A model generated the notes under the pieces. That model was not told where the DNA came from. It saw only the letters and a program-made list of their open reading frames with translations, and searched no databases. From NCBI GenBank assembly GCA_007375725.1, contig VMEV01000004.1, forward strand, positions 5,021 through 69,020: 64,000 bases of DNA. The letters run 5' to 3'. The number at the start of each line of letters is the position of its first letter. The first letter of the stretch is position 1. Position numbers and translations under genes: made by a program. The stretch comes from Parcubacteria group bacterium Greene0416_36. GTDB lineage: Bacteria; Patescibacteriota; Patescibacteriia; VMEV01. Positions 1-8,767 of this stretch are shown piece by piece.

Positions 1-147
1 ACAATACCATTTTTTAGAACTTTGTCAAGACCTCATCCAAAAAAATAAAAACACCTGCTGTATATTTTGATACAACAAGTGTTTTTTATATTTCGATTAG
101 CTATCTTCCGGCTATCATTCATGAAAACAATAGCGGGATGAAGAAGG

Positions 148-927
148 CTATTTTGCCTTCAGAGTCACCGCAACTCCGTCAGTCGCATGAAATCCGTAAA
201 TATCTTCCGATATAACAATCATGATTTTTGGTTCGACCCCAGATTCGATCAGAGTGAGGGTCTTACATTGCCCCTTTTCACCCACCAGCATGACTTTACG
301 CAATAAACCTTTCTCTTTCTGATCATTCTGTTGAACAATAAACACATATTTACCGGGAGAATAAACATCCTTTTTGTTTTCCCCATCAAAACCTGTTTTT
401 ATATCGGTCCACCGCGCGCAGAAAGGAGCCCATTTATTGGCTTCCGGAGCGATCTTAGGGTTTTTGGGATTGACGTAACAATTGATCGCATCCCATGCTG
501 TCATTTTTGTGACCACATAACTCGGTTTATTGAGCCAATCGAATAAAACCTTCCCATCCGCACAATCAGATATCTCAATGCTTTTATCATAAGGTTTGGA
601 CCAATTTTTATCTATTTCATAAAATAAAACACCATCGCTGACAACATACGCCAAAACGACGTTGCCTTGGTCGAAAGTTCCGGTCATCGATACAACAGCA
701 TAAAAAGAAACCTTCCGTGTTCCAATTGACGCACAATTAAGTGTACCTTGGTCAAACGTAATCGTATCTGTTTTGGGGTTGTATTTATCACCAAAAAATG
801 TCTTCAATTTACTGACTTGATAAGGGGGACAAATGGACGATTTATCGTCGGCTTTGTCTTCCGCCATGATCCCAGAAAAAAAGGCAATAATAACAAAAGA
901 CAATAGACAAAAAAATAATTTATTCAT
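148..927 (-). CDS. hypothetical secreted protein
   Basis: 259-aa ORF with N-terminal signal-like hydrophobic segment MNKLFFCLLSFVIIAFFSGIMA; no catalytic motif recognised. Confidence 0.5.
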   Translation of the reverse strand: MNKLFFCLLSFVIIAFFSGIMAEDKADDKSSICPPYQVSKLKTFFGDKYNPKTDTITFDQGTLNCASIGTRKVSFYAVVSMTGTFDQGNVVLAYVVSDGVLFYEIDKNWSKPYDKSIEISDCADGKVLFDWLNKPSYVVTKMTAWDAINCYVNPKNPKIAPEANKWAPFCARWTDIKTGFDGENKKDVYSPGKYVFIVQQNDQKEKGLLRKVMLVGEKGQCKTLTLIESGVEPKIMIVISEDIYGFHATDGVAVTLKAK

Positions 928-1033
928 GACAAAGAACCTTTCTAAAACGACTTGCTCTATCCAAAATCACCGTGATTTTTTCAAGAGCTCAATAATCTAG
1001 CGAATTTCCATTATTTTGTCAACTCAAATGCGA

Positions 1034-2538
1034 GTAACTGCTCACTGACCCCCTAATTTGCTGGGGATAAAGCAGATTGATAGCTGGAAAAGAAAGTTTC
1101 TTTAGAACGATGCCAAAGAGACATAACCACGGAATAAAGCACGCTAAAAACTTCAGCTCCCTTGTGAGTTTTAGACCCGAAAGACTTTTTTCTTTTAATA
1201 ATCAAATGCCTCAAAGCTCTTTCCGCTTTATTATTATCCGGAGGAATATTGGGCTCGGTTATACAGATAAAATAACAGTGTTTTTGTACTTTCAACCCAT
1301 TTTTTATTTGTTTCAATTTGATCGGATCATTCAAATGGAGTTCCGTGATTTGATCGAATTCTCTTTCCAATTCTGTCGATTTTTCCAAACGATTTTCTCG
1401 GTTAAATTCTTGCTGGTTTGTCTCTCTGACCTTTCGATATAACTCAGCAAATTCCCGATACGTGTTTTTCGCATTTTCTTTTTTTTCTTCTGATAGCCCA
1501 TCAGAATCTTTTAAATCCCTCAATTTCCTATGCGGATGTGCCCAGCAAAGCGCGTGTTTTCCTTTTAAAAAAGCATTTTTGTAGGCTCCGTAATTATCGC
1601 TGATTCCTATCCCCTCATATTGCTCGCCTGCCATTTCTGCAATATTTCCTTTGCCTCGACTTTTTCCAAAAAGATACAGGACATCCTTATTTTCTATTCC
1701 ACACATAGCCCACACAAAATCTCCCAGTCCCCCTCTTGATGTTTTCCATCCTGTCTCATCAAAATGAGCTCCTTTTTGATTCCGAATATTCTTTTTTAAA
1801 TCTTCAAATGCTGGCTTTAATCGATTTGCCTGATTCTTTAAAATATTGGCGATTTCTCCATCCGAAATGTTGATCCTCAAGCACACATTGGCAAATTCTT
1901 TTATTTGGCTGTAGCTCAATTGTTGAATGGTTGATTGGAAAACGATTAATTCTCGAATATTTTCTCCCAAAGTGACTCTTTGTTTGGGGATAGGCACTTG
2001 GCTGACTTTTTTTTTACAATTTGGACAAAATCCTATTGAAATTTGTTTTCGAATCACTTTTTTTAAAATTTTGAACCATTCGTCTGGTGAAAGAATATCT
2101 TCTTGGAAAAATTCTACTATTTTTATTCGTCTTAATTCATTCTGACAATCCGGACAATTATCAGCATGATGAATTTCTGTATCCGTTATATCTTCCGGTT
2201 TTGGCACTGCTCGACGATAAGATTCGGCTGAACGGTTACCACCACCTCCTTTTTGTCCTTGATTTAAAGGATCATCATCTTTTCCCTTCTGTTTATGTTT
2301 TTTTCTGAAAACCACCCTCTGCAATTCCTCAATGTATAGCATCGCTTTTTCTAACTTTTCCTTCAAAAATTTGTTTTCTGCTTCCAATATCACCACACGT
2401 TCCCTCAGCTTCCGATTTTCATTCGTCAGCCTTATTATTACCTGCCTTTGCCTTTGTTCGATTGTTTGTATCCCTCTTTTTCCTGTCTCCATATGCTCCC
2501 ATATTACCACATCCTTTCAGGGGTCAGTGAGCAGTTAC
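1034..2538 (-). mobile_element. IS66-family insertion sequence (single-ORF ISBst12-like type), apparently intact
   Basis: Perfect 19-bp terminal inverted repeats GTAACTGCTCACTGACCCC (1034-1052) and GGGGTCAGTGAGCAGTTAC (2520-2538), starting 5'-GTAA as in IS66-family ends. Flanked by 8-bp direct repeat AAATGCGA (1026-1033 and 2539-2546), the target-duplication size typical of IS66. Encloses a single transposase ORF. Confidence 0.8.
1053..2510 (-). CDS. IS66-family transposase
   Basis: 485 aa. Coiled-coil/leucine-zipper-like N-terminus, CxxC..CxxC zinc finger (CPDCQ, CPNCKK), and DDE region with HFDETGWK and CWAHPHRKL motifs (IS66 TnpC hallmarks ADET and CWAH.RRKF). Confidence 0.85.
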   Translation of the reverse strand: MVIWEHMETGKRGIQTIEQRQRQVIIRLTNENRKLRERVVILEAENKFLKEKLEKAMLYIEELQRVVFRKKHKQKGKDDDPLNQGQKGGGGNRSAESYRRAVPKPEDITDTEIHHADNCPDCQNELRRIKIVEFFQEDILSPDEWFKILKKVIRKQISIGFCPNCKKKVSQVPIPKQRVTLGENIRELIVFQSTIQQLSYSQIKEFANVCLRINISDGEIANILKNQANRLKPAFEDLKKNIRNQKGAHFDETGWKTSRGGLGDFVWAMCGIENKDVLYLFGKSRGKGNIAEMAGEQYEGIGISDNYGAYKNAFLKGKHALCWAHPHRKLRDLKDSDGLSEEKKENAKNTYREFAELYRKVRETNQQEFNRENRLEKSTELEREFDQITELHLNDPIKLKQIKNGLKVQKHCYFICITEPNIPPDNNKAERALRHLIIKRKKSFGSKTHKGAEVFSVLYSVVMSLWHRSKETFFSSYQSALSPAN

Positions 2539-2545
2539 AAATGCG

Positions 2546-2571
2546 AAAACGACATTTAGAAATGTCGTTTT
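2546..2571 (-). terminator. hairpin AAAACGACATTT-AGA-AATGTCGTTTT downstream of the 2610..3359 gene
   Basis: 11-bp perfect inverted repeat with A/T runs. Lies between the stop of the minus-strand gene and the IS66 right end. Confidence 0.4.
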
Positions 2572-2609
2572 CAGAAAAATCCGTAATCAAAAGATTTCAA
2601 TAAATCCTC

Positions 2610-3359
2610 CTACACCACCGGTATCACCGGCTTCTCCTCCGCCCCGCGCGCGGGCATAACCTTCGCTACGGCCATAGGATGAGTGAAGGCTCCGCCCATG
2701 GACATGTTTGACGATCCGGGCCCATTAGTTCCAGAAGAAGGCTTAGGGACGGAACCAAACATCGATCCGCCCTCCTCGCCAAAGACATATACTAGCCCCA
2801 CGCCCGCCATCAGACCCAGTATGGCGCCAATGGCCAAGTTAAGCCATACATTAGGATATACGGGCGCCGTAGAGGTCAAAGGAGCATCAATAAGACTCAC
2901 GCGGGTGGATTCGAGGCCAAAACCCAGTGGCTCAGCAGTGAGCAAAACCTTGGCCACTCCATTGGCCCACTGGTCCGCCTGTACTTGATTGGGATGAAAC
3001 ACGGAAATTTCGAGTATTCCGGTATTGGGGAAAATCGTGGTGCGGATCATTTTTTTCCATTCCATGTCTCTCTTGAGAGGATCATCGTTGAAATCCGCCT
3101 CCAGAGCGAAACCCGATTTCTGAACCTTATCCAAAAATGAGGAAGAATAAATAAGTTTGCTGATAATCCCGCTCGCATAATCATTGAACCGCGCGGCGCT
3201 ATAAGCATCCGGCGCGCCCTCTTTCTGATAAACCAATACACGGATACGGCTCTCATATTTGGATTCCTGCACCAAGCTCAAAACCAAAGAAATACCCACG
3301 AACAGAAGGATCATGGACAGAATCGTCTTGAATGTTTGGCCGCGAAGGAAGGAAAACAT
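2610..3359 (-). CDS. bitopic membrane protein, Wzz/chain-length-determinant-like (tentative)
   Basis: 249 aa. N-terminal TM (ILSMILLFVGISLVLSLV), large soluble middle, C-terminal TM (LNLAIGAILGLMAGVGLVYVF), Gly/Ser-rich tail. Topology resembles polysaccharide co-polymerase proteins; no sequence motif confirmed. Confidence 0.35.
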   Translation of the reverse strand: MFSFLRGQTFKTILSMILLFVGISLVLSLVQESKYESRIRVLVYQKEGAPDAYSAARFNDYASGIISKLIYSSSFLDKVQKSGFALEADFNDDPLKRDMEWKKMIRTTIFPNTGILEISVFHPNQVQADQWANGVAKVLLTAEPLGFGLESTRVSLIDAPLTSTAPVYPNVWLNLAIGAILGLMAGVGLVYVFGEEGGSMFGSVPKPSSGTNGPGSSNMSMGGAFTHPMAVAKVMPARGAEEKPVIPVV

Positions 3360-3682
3360 ATAAAATTAGGGTTCAGGAATAAGGAGCTAGGATTCAGGGA
3401 ACAACAAAAAATCCAAGCTTAATTAAATAATTGTAACAAAAATACAGGAAAAAGGGAATTTGTGACCCAAAAAATAGTAGGGGCGCACCTGTGTGTGCGC
3501 CCTACCCTGTTTCCGTGCCCGACCCATAAATCCATCCCCGTTTTCCCCACCCTATCCCCACTCTGCACTTGATCGATTTTTTTATCTCGTGTATTATTGA
3601 TTTTAGGAGGACAGGGAAATTATTTCCGGCCTTCTTTGTTTTTTAGAAAAACAAGACAAAAAATCAATATTCGACACCGGTA

Positions 3683-3710
3683 TTGACATTTTTTTTATGG
3701 ATGGTATAAT
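3683..3710 (+). promoter_or_regulatory. near-consensus sigma70-type promoter TTGACA-16-TGgTATAAT
   Basis: TTGACA at 3683-3688, 16-nt spacer, extended -10 TGGTATAAT at 3702-3710. No protein gene follows for about 430 bp (clpP starts at 4140). Confidence 0.4.
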
Positions 3711-3906
3711 ACTTTGTCTTCATTAACAAATTGCTTTCCACTGGTTCATCAACCACTTAGAATTCTGCAGTCACGACAAGCATGGAAATTTATTGTTAGG
3801 CAGGGCGGTACTTGTACTTCCCGGCTCTATCGATTGATTTTCTTGACTGCAGAATTTTGGGTGGTTTTTAGTTGGGGAGGGGAAAATAGACGCATAGAAA
3901 CTATCA

Positions 3907-3995
3907 AACAACAAATCCCTCCCCAACCCTCCCTTTGACAAGGGAAGGCGCAGTTACCTCCCCCTTGTCAAAGGGGGACTGAGGGGGATTTGTTG
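3907..3995 (+). repeat. composite double-hairpin palindromic repeat (TTGACAAGGG family), copy 1
   Basis: CAACAAATCCCTCCCCAA-CCCTCCCTTTGACAAGGGAAGG-spacer-CCCCCTTGTCAAAGGGGGA-CTGAGGGGGATTTGTTG. An outer stem encloses two hairpins. Confidence 0.8.
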
Positions 3996-4139
3996 TTTGC
4001 ATTCCACCCCATCCATAAAGTACGATGGTATTGAAATTAACATAATTAGCACTAAGATGAGATTGCTTCGTCTTCGCTAAGACGTGAACCCTCACAATGA
4101 CAAGCACTAAAAAAACTATTTTCTAAAAACTCTAACCCT

Positions 4140-4724
4140 ATGAATTTAATCCCCACCGTCATCGAAAAAACCGCCAATGGCGAACGCGCGTACGACATCT
4201 ATTCGCGCCTCCTTAAGGACCGCATTATTTTCTTGGGCGGACAGGTCAATGACGCGGTGGCAAACACCATCGTGGCACAGTTCCTGTTTCTCGAAAGCCA
4301 GGACAAAGACAAAGATATCAAGCTCTACATCAACAGCCCCGGAGGATCGGTATCCGCGGGACTGGCGATCTATGACACCATGAATTATCTCAAATGCGAT
4401 GTCTCCACCATCTGCGTGGGACTCGCCGCTTCGATGGGAGCATTCTTGCTCTCCGCGGGTGCCAAGGGCAAACGATTTGCGCTTCCGCATGCCAAAGTCA
4501 TGATCCACCAAGTCATGGGCGGCGCCGAAGGCCAGGCCTCGGACATCAAGATCCAGGCTGAGGAAATCCTCCGCGTCAAAGCAGTGCTGAGTGATATCAT
4601 GGCCAAAAACACCGGCAAACCCCTCCGACAAATCGAAAAAGATACGGATCGTGATTATTATATGACGGCCGAGGACGCTCTGGCGTATGGCCTGATCGAT
4701 AAAGTGATTTCGAAGCAGACGTAA
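4140..4724 (+). CDS. clpP: ATP-dependent Clp protease proteolytic subunit
   Basis: 194 aa. Full-length ClpP signature region ([18 protein letters not shown], catalytic Ser context [17 protein letters not shown]). Confidence 0.95.
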   Translation: MNLIPTVIEKTANGERAYDIYSRLLKDRIIFLGGQVNDAVANTIVAQFLFLESQDKDKDIKLYINSPGGSVSAGLAIYDTMNYLKCDVSTICVGLAASMGAFLLSAGAKGKRFALPHAKVMIHQVMGGAEGQASDIKIQAEEILRVKAVLSDIMAKNTGKPLRQIEKDTDRDYYMTAEDALAYGLIDKVISKQT

Positions 4725-4740
4725 ACACATCGCACCCGCA

Positions 4741-4785
4741 AAAAGCAGTAAGGGCGTATTGCAATACGCCCTTACTGCTTTTTGC
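4741..4785 (+). terminator. intrinsic terminator after clpP (GTAAGGGC palindrome family)
   Basis: AAAAGCAGTAAGGGCGTATTGCAATACGCCCTTACTGCTTTTTG: perfect palindrome flanked by an A-run and a T-run. Confidence 0.75.
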
Positions 4786-5039
4786 CCCCATATTTTAGCT
4801 ACTAGTAGCCAAAAGCTATTTATGTTATAGTCGATTTAGGATATTTCTATTGTAATATTGGCAACAAACTTCTCCCCTGTTAAGGGGAGACCGAGAGGGG
4901 TTCGGCTGTTCTCCATATCCTGTTTAATCAACCGTTAATGCTTGTTTTGGCACTATCAAAAAATACAAAAATATTTTATGATTCGATAATTTTCATATGA
5001 TTATTTTTTGAAACAAAAAGCCGGAACACGGATCTTAAT

Positions 5040-6557
5040 ATGGAACCATGGATTGCTATCGCTCTCACTTTGATTATCTCTCTTCCAGCAGGCTACTATA
5101 TCCGCAAAAAACAGGGAGAACAAGAACTGGAGTCCGCGGAAAACAAAGCGCAGAAAATCATAGACCAAGCAAGGACAGAAGAAAAAGAAATCACTCATGA
5201 GGCTAAAGAAAAGACTTTCCGAATGATCGAAGAAGCCAAAAAAGACGAAACCGCCAGACGCCAAGAAGTGAGACATATGCAGGAACGCCTCGAAAAACGC
5301 GAGTCTCTTTTTGATAAAAAAATCAGTGACCTTGAAATAAAGCAGCAGCAGCTCGCTGAAAAAACACAGAAGCTGGAAGTCGCCAAACAGGAAATACTGG
5401 ATATCAAGGCCCAGCAGCACGAAAAACTACAAAAAATCGCGGGGCTCTCCAGAGATCAGGCCAAAACGATTTTGATGGAATCGACCGAAACGGAAATGAG
5501 GGGAGAATTGCTCACCCGAATCAAAAAAATACAGGAAGAATCCTCCGAAACGCTCGAACGCGAGGCTAAAAAATTGCTCACGGACGTGATTCTCCGATAC
5601 TCCAATTCTCAAGTGGTCGAAGTGTCAACCAGCACCGTAGCGCTTCCCAATGACGAGATGAAGGGCCGCATCATCGGCAAAGAAGGCCGCAATATCAAGA
5701 CGATAGAACAGCTGACCGGAGTCGAGATACTCATTGACGATACCCCCGAGGCCATCACCATTTCCGGATTCAATCCCCTGCGCCGCCAGGTGGCCAAAAA
5801 ATCCATCGAGGCCCTCATGAAAGACGGGCGCATCCATCCAGGACGCATCGAGGAAGCCGTGGAGCAGGCCAAAAAAGAAATCGCCATCGATGTCAAAAAA
5901 GCGGGTGAAGCCGCGGCCTACGAAGCTGGAGTGGCCGGGCTGGATCCAAAGCTCTTGCAGATCTTAGGGCGGCTCAAATACCGCACCAGCTACGCCCAAA
6001 ATGTGCTCAACCATTCCGTAGAAGTGGCGCATCTTTCCGCCATGCTTGCTTCCGAACTGGGGGCCGACCCTCATATCGCCCGAAAAGGCGGACTGCTTCA
6101 CGATATCGGAAAAGCCCTTGACCATGAAGTCCCGGGCACGCACACGGAAATCGGACGAGATATCGCCAAAAAATTCAATCTGCCGCCGGAGATCATCGCT
6201 CCTATTTACGAGCATCATGACGATCATCCCTCCACTCCGGAAGCTCTTATTGTCAAAATTGCTGACGCCATTTCAGCTTCACGGCCCGGAGCACGCAATA
6301 TTTCCCATGATTTCTATATTCAGAGACTCAAAGAGCTCGAAGATTTGGCCACCTCATTCCCGGGAGTCGATAAGGCCTACGCGATTGCCGCCGGACGAGA
6401 AATCCGAGTATTCATCAATCCCGACAGCCAAGACGATCTGGCCACTCTCAAAACCGCCAAAGATATTGCCGGCAAAATCCAAGAAGAGCTCGTTTACCCC
6501 GGAGAAATCAAAGTCAGCGTGATTCGGGAGAAGAGGGTGATTGAGTACGCGAGATAG
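5040..6557 (+). CDS. rny: ribonuclease Y
   Basis: 505 aa. N-terminal TM, long coiled coil, KH domain (GRIIGKEGRNIKTIEQLTGVEILIDD), HD domain (HSVEVAHLSAMLASELG...LLHDIGK). Confidence 0.9.
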   Translation: MEPWIAIALTLIISLPAGYYIRKKQGEQELESAENKAQKIIDQARTEEKEITHEAKEKTFRMIEEAKKDETARRQEVRHMQERLEKRESLFDKKISDLEIKQQQLAEKTQKLEVAKQEILDIKAQQHEKLQKIAGLSRDQAKTILMESTETEMRGELLTRIKKIQEESSETLEREAKKLLTDVILRYSNSQVVEVSTSTVALPNDEMKGRIIGKEGRNIKTIEQLTGVEILIDDTPEAITISGFNPLRRQVAKKSIEALMKDGRIHPGRIEEAVEQAKKEIAIDVKKAGEAAAYEAGVAGLDPKLLQILGRLKYRTSYAQNVLNHSVEVAHLSAMLASELGADPHIARKGGLLHDIGKALDHEVPGTHTEIGRDIAKKFNLPPEIIAPIYEHHDDHPSTPEALIVKIADAISASRPGARNISHDFYIQRLKELEDLATSFPGVDKAYAIAAGREIRVFINPDSQDDLATLKTAKDIAGKIQEELVYPGEIKVSVIREKRVIEYAR

Positions 6558-6577
6558 GAAGTAGGAGTCTCTAAAAA

Positions 6578-6657
6578 AAATCCCCCTTAATCCCCCTTTG
6601 ACAAGGGGGAGACTGCTCCCTCCCTTGTCAAAGGGAGGGTTGGGGAGGGATTTGTTG
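6578..6657 (-). repeat. composite double-hairpin palindromic repeat, copy 2 (inverted orientation)
   Basis: AAATCCCCCTTAATCCCCCTTTGACAAGGGGGAG-spacer-CTCCCTCCCTTGTCAAAGGGAGGGTTGGGGAGGGATTTGTTG. Lies immediately after the rny stop. Confidence 0.8.
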
Positions 6658-6768
6658 CTTGCATTACATCAAAACAATAATACATCCAACATTAACTAGG
6701 ACATAAGGAGAAAATGGAAGGGAAATTTTTCCTGAATCCTAGATCCTGAATCCTAAAGCCTAAAAAAT

Positions 6769-7113
6769 ATGAACAAAGCCTCTCTCATCGAATCCATCGC
6801 TCAAAAAACGGGATTGCCGATGGATCAAGTAGAAAAAACAGTTGAAGTGATGGTCGATTTAATTATCGAATCACTCAAACAAAAAGAAGAAGTCACCATC
6901 ACCAGCTTCGGCACATTCTCGGCGCGGGTACGTTCCGCAAGAATGGGCGTCAATCCGCAAAAACCCACAGAAAGAATCACCATTCCCGAAGTCGTAGTCC
7001 CCAAATTCAAAGCGGGCAAAAGACTCAAGCAGGAATTGAAGAAGAAAGAAGAGCCTCCGGCGACGCAGACACCGGTGGCCGCACCCATTATGCCGACGAA
7101 TCCGCAGATTTAA
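6769..7113 (+). CDS. hup: HU-family DNA-binding protein with C-terminal Pro/Lys-rich extension
   Basis: 114 aa; MNKASLIESIAQKTGL...FGTFSARVRSARMGVNPQKPTERITIPEVVVPKFKAGKRLK matches HU/IHF fold signature. Confidence 0.85.
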   Translation: MNKASLIESIAQKTGLPMDQVEKTVEVMVDLIIESLKQKEEVTITSFGTFSARVRSARMGVNPQKPTERITIPEVVVPKFKAGKRLKQELKKKEEPPATQTPVAAPIMPTNPQI

Positions 7114-7122
7114 ATGAAACAT

Positions 7123-7166
7123 AAAACAAAAACTACAGTATTTCGAAATACTGTAGTTTTTGTTTT
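7123..7166 (+). terminator. intrinsic terminator after hup
   Basis: AAAACAAAAACTACAGTATTTCGAAATACTGTAGTTTTTGTTTT: 15-bp perfect stem with a T-run. Confidence 0.75.
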
Positions 7167-7188
7167 GCGTCTTGATCAGTCGAATAAA

Positions 7189-7275
7189 AACAACAAATCC
7201 CTCCCCACCCCTCCCTTTGACAAGGGAGGGCGCTTATGTCCCCCTTGTCAAAGGGGGATTAAGGGGGATTTGTTG
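7189..7275 (+). repeat. composite double-hairpin palindromic repeat, copy 3
   Basis: CAACAAATCCCTCCCCACCCCTCCCTTTGACAAGGGAGGG-CGCTTATGT-CCCCCTTGTCAAAGGGGGATTAAGGGGGATTTGTTG. Lies between the convergent gene ends of hup and the SpoIID-like gene. Confidence 0.8.
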
Positions 7276-7279
7276 CCCC

Positions 7280-8662
7280 CTAATAAAACCTCTCTATCTC
7301 CACCCCCGTATAAAAATGTTTGAGTATCTCCACATACGTTTTTTTGTCGTTCTTGGCAAGCAGATAGGCGCCTTGGACGGACATGCCGACGCCGTGTCCC
7401 AGCATAGGCTTGCCTTTGTTGTGGACATCGGCCACGGGGACGCACCAAGGTTTGGGTTTACCACCCCACACGGATTCCCAGGATCGTGTCTTGCCGTCGC
7501 TTTGAGTGAAATACGGAGTGATGGCGATATCTCCCGAATAGGTCACAATCATACCGCGAGTCTCGTCCACGGCCTGACCCATCCTGGGCAAATAGCTCTC
7601 AGCCTGATACCCTTTGTAGACCTGATCATAGTAGGCATCGATATGATATCCCCGTTTGGAATGTTTAGTCTTATCTGAAAAATGATAGTACGCATAGGTA
7701 CGGGCGGCAATCGCCATGGATTTGAGATATTCAATAGGGACATTATTACTCACCTCCACCAGGCCCTTGAGATAGCGCTCCATGCCTATTTCATTGATGA
7801 TCCATAGTTCAGCCTTTTTCTCGTCCCAGAGTAGATCGAGGACTCCGATATACATATTATAATTAACCTTCAAATTCCATTTGGGACGATCTTCCTTGGA
7901 CAAAATCACCAAGGTGCTCTCAGGTGAATCCGGCACCAAACGGACAGAAAAAGGAGTCTCCACATGAGCCGCGGGGCCTGAAACGATATATAATTTTCTG
8001 GCCGCGTCATAGAAAATCGAAAATTTATCGCCTCCATTGGCCAGAGCGAGCACCACGCCATCACGATCCTTGACCGAAAATGACGCATCGGATCCGATAA
8101 TGACAGGCTCTGGAGAACGAAAAAGCCCTACTCGTAGCAATGGTTCCTGGGCTAAAATTCTAGAAGAGACTACGCTTTGGGACAAAGAAGTGTTTTTTAG
8201 AAATTTTGATTGTTCTAAAGTGGTCACCTGAATGGGAATATCGATATTCATGCCGTCCACCCAAGCCGTTTTAGTAGCCACACCGCGGAAAGATTCGCGA
8301 TAATCCCCTTCCGTGTCAGGCGCCAGGAAAGCAAAACGAAAAGTACCGGTCTCTCCTTTTTTGACGCTTTTTTCGAGCAAAGTGGCAGGAGAAAAAATAC
8401 GGGGCCAAAACGTATGACGAAACACACTGGCCCGTTTATCAGGTCCAGCTGTAATCAACTGCAAAAATGGCTGTCCGCTATTGACCCATGTTTGATTTCC
8501 AGTATTCTTAAAGCGCAGCTCTACAGTAACCGCGGCTTTCGGCTTCATTCGGAGCGTCCCCTGGAAATTCTTGCCGACTAATTCCGCGGAATAACCGTCT
8601 TCGGCATGGAGGATGGAGAGAGGGAGGAGGAGTAGGGATAAAAATAGAAAAATACGAAACAT
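7280..8662 (-). CDS. SpoIID/LytB-domain secreted protein
   Basis: 460 aa. Signal peptide. C-terminal SpoIID-like region (IAARTYAYYHF...DQVYKGYQAE...YFTQSDGKTRSWESVWGG...GHGVGMSVQGA). Confidence 0.7.
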   Translation of the reverse strand: MFRIFLFLSLLLLPLSILHAEDGYSAELVGKNFQGTLRMKPKAAVTVELRFKNTGNQTWVNSGQPFLQLITAGPDKRASVFRHTFWPRIFSPATLLEKSVKKGETGTFRFAFLAPDTEGDYRESFRGVATKTAWVDGMNIDIPIQVTTLEQSKFLKNTSLSQSVVSSRILAQEPLLRVGLFRSPEPVIIGSDASFSVKDRDGVVLALANGGDKFSIFYDAARKLYIVSGPAAHVETPFSVRLVPDSPESTLVILSKEDRPKWNLKVNYNMYIGVLDLLWDEKKAELWIINEIGMERYLKGLVEVSNNVPIEYLKSMAIAARTYAYYHFSDKTKHSKRGYHIDAYYDQVYKGYQAESYLPRMGQAVDETRGMIVTYSGDIAITPYFTQSDGKTRSWESVWGGKPKPWCVPVADVHNKGKPMLGHGVGMSVQGAYLLAKNDKKTYVEILKHFYTGVEIERFY

Positions 8663-8767
8663 AAGTTTTTGGGCTTTAGGCTATTAGGCATTAGCTTTTT
8701 AGGTAACAGCCACAAATCTGATGTTATTTTCTAATAAGCTAACAGCCTAATGCCTAATAACCTAATT

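Noticed and set aside
3714-4107. ORFs 3714..3938 (+) and 3904..4107 (-) between the promoter and clpP
   Set aside because: They run through the composite palindromic repeat, and their peptides (PPQPSL, PFDKGEV) are just the repeat translated. More plausibly this region is non-coding RNA or leader.
4146-4730. 194-aa ORF antisense to clpP, with nested ORFs at 4385..4618 and 4597..4791
   Set aside because: Fully overlaps the strongly supported clpP frame on the opposite strand; a typical antisense shadow ORF with no motif.
5001-6522. Several ORFs (5001..5420, 5195..5407, 5609..5896, 5964..6227, 6046..6522) overlapping rny
   Set aside because: All lie within or antisense to the RNase Y gene, which has clear KH and HD motifs; low-complexity translations.
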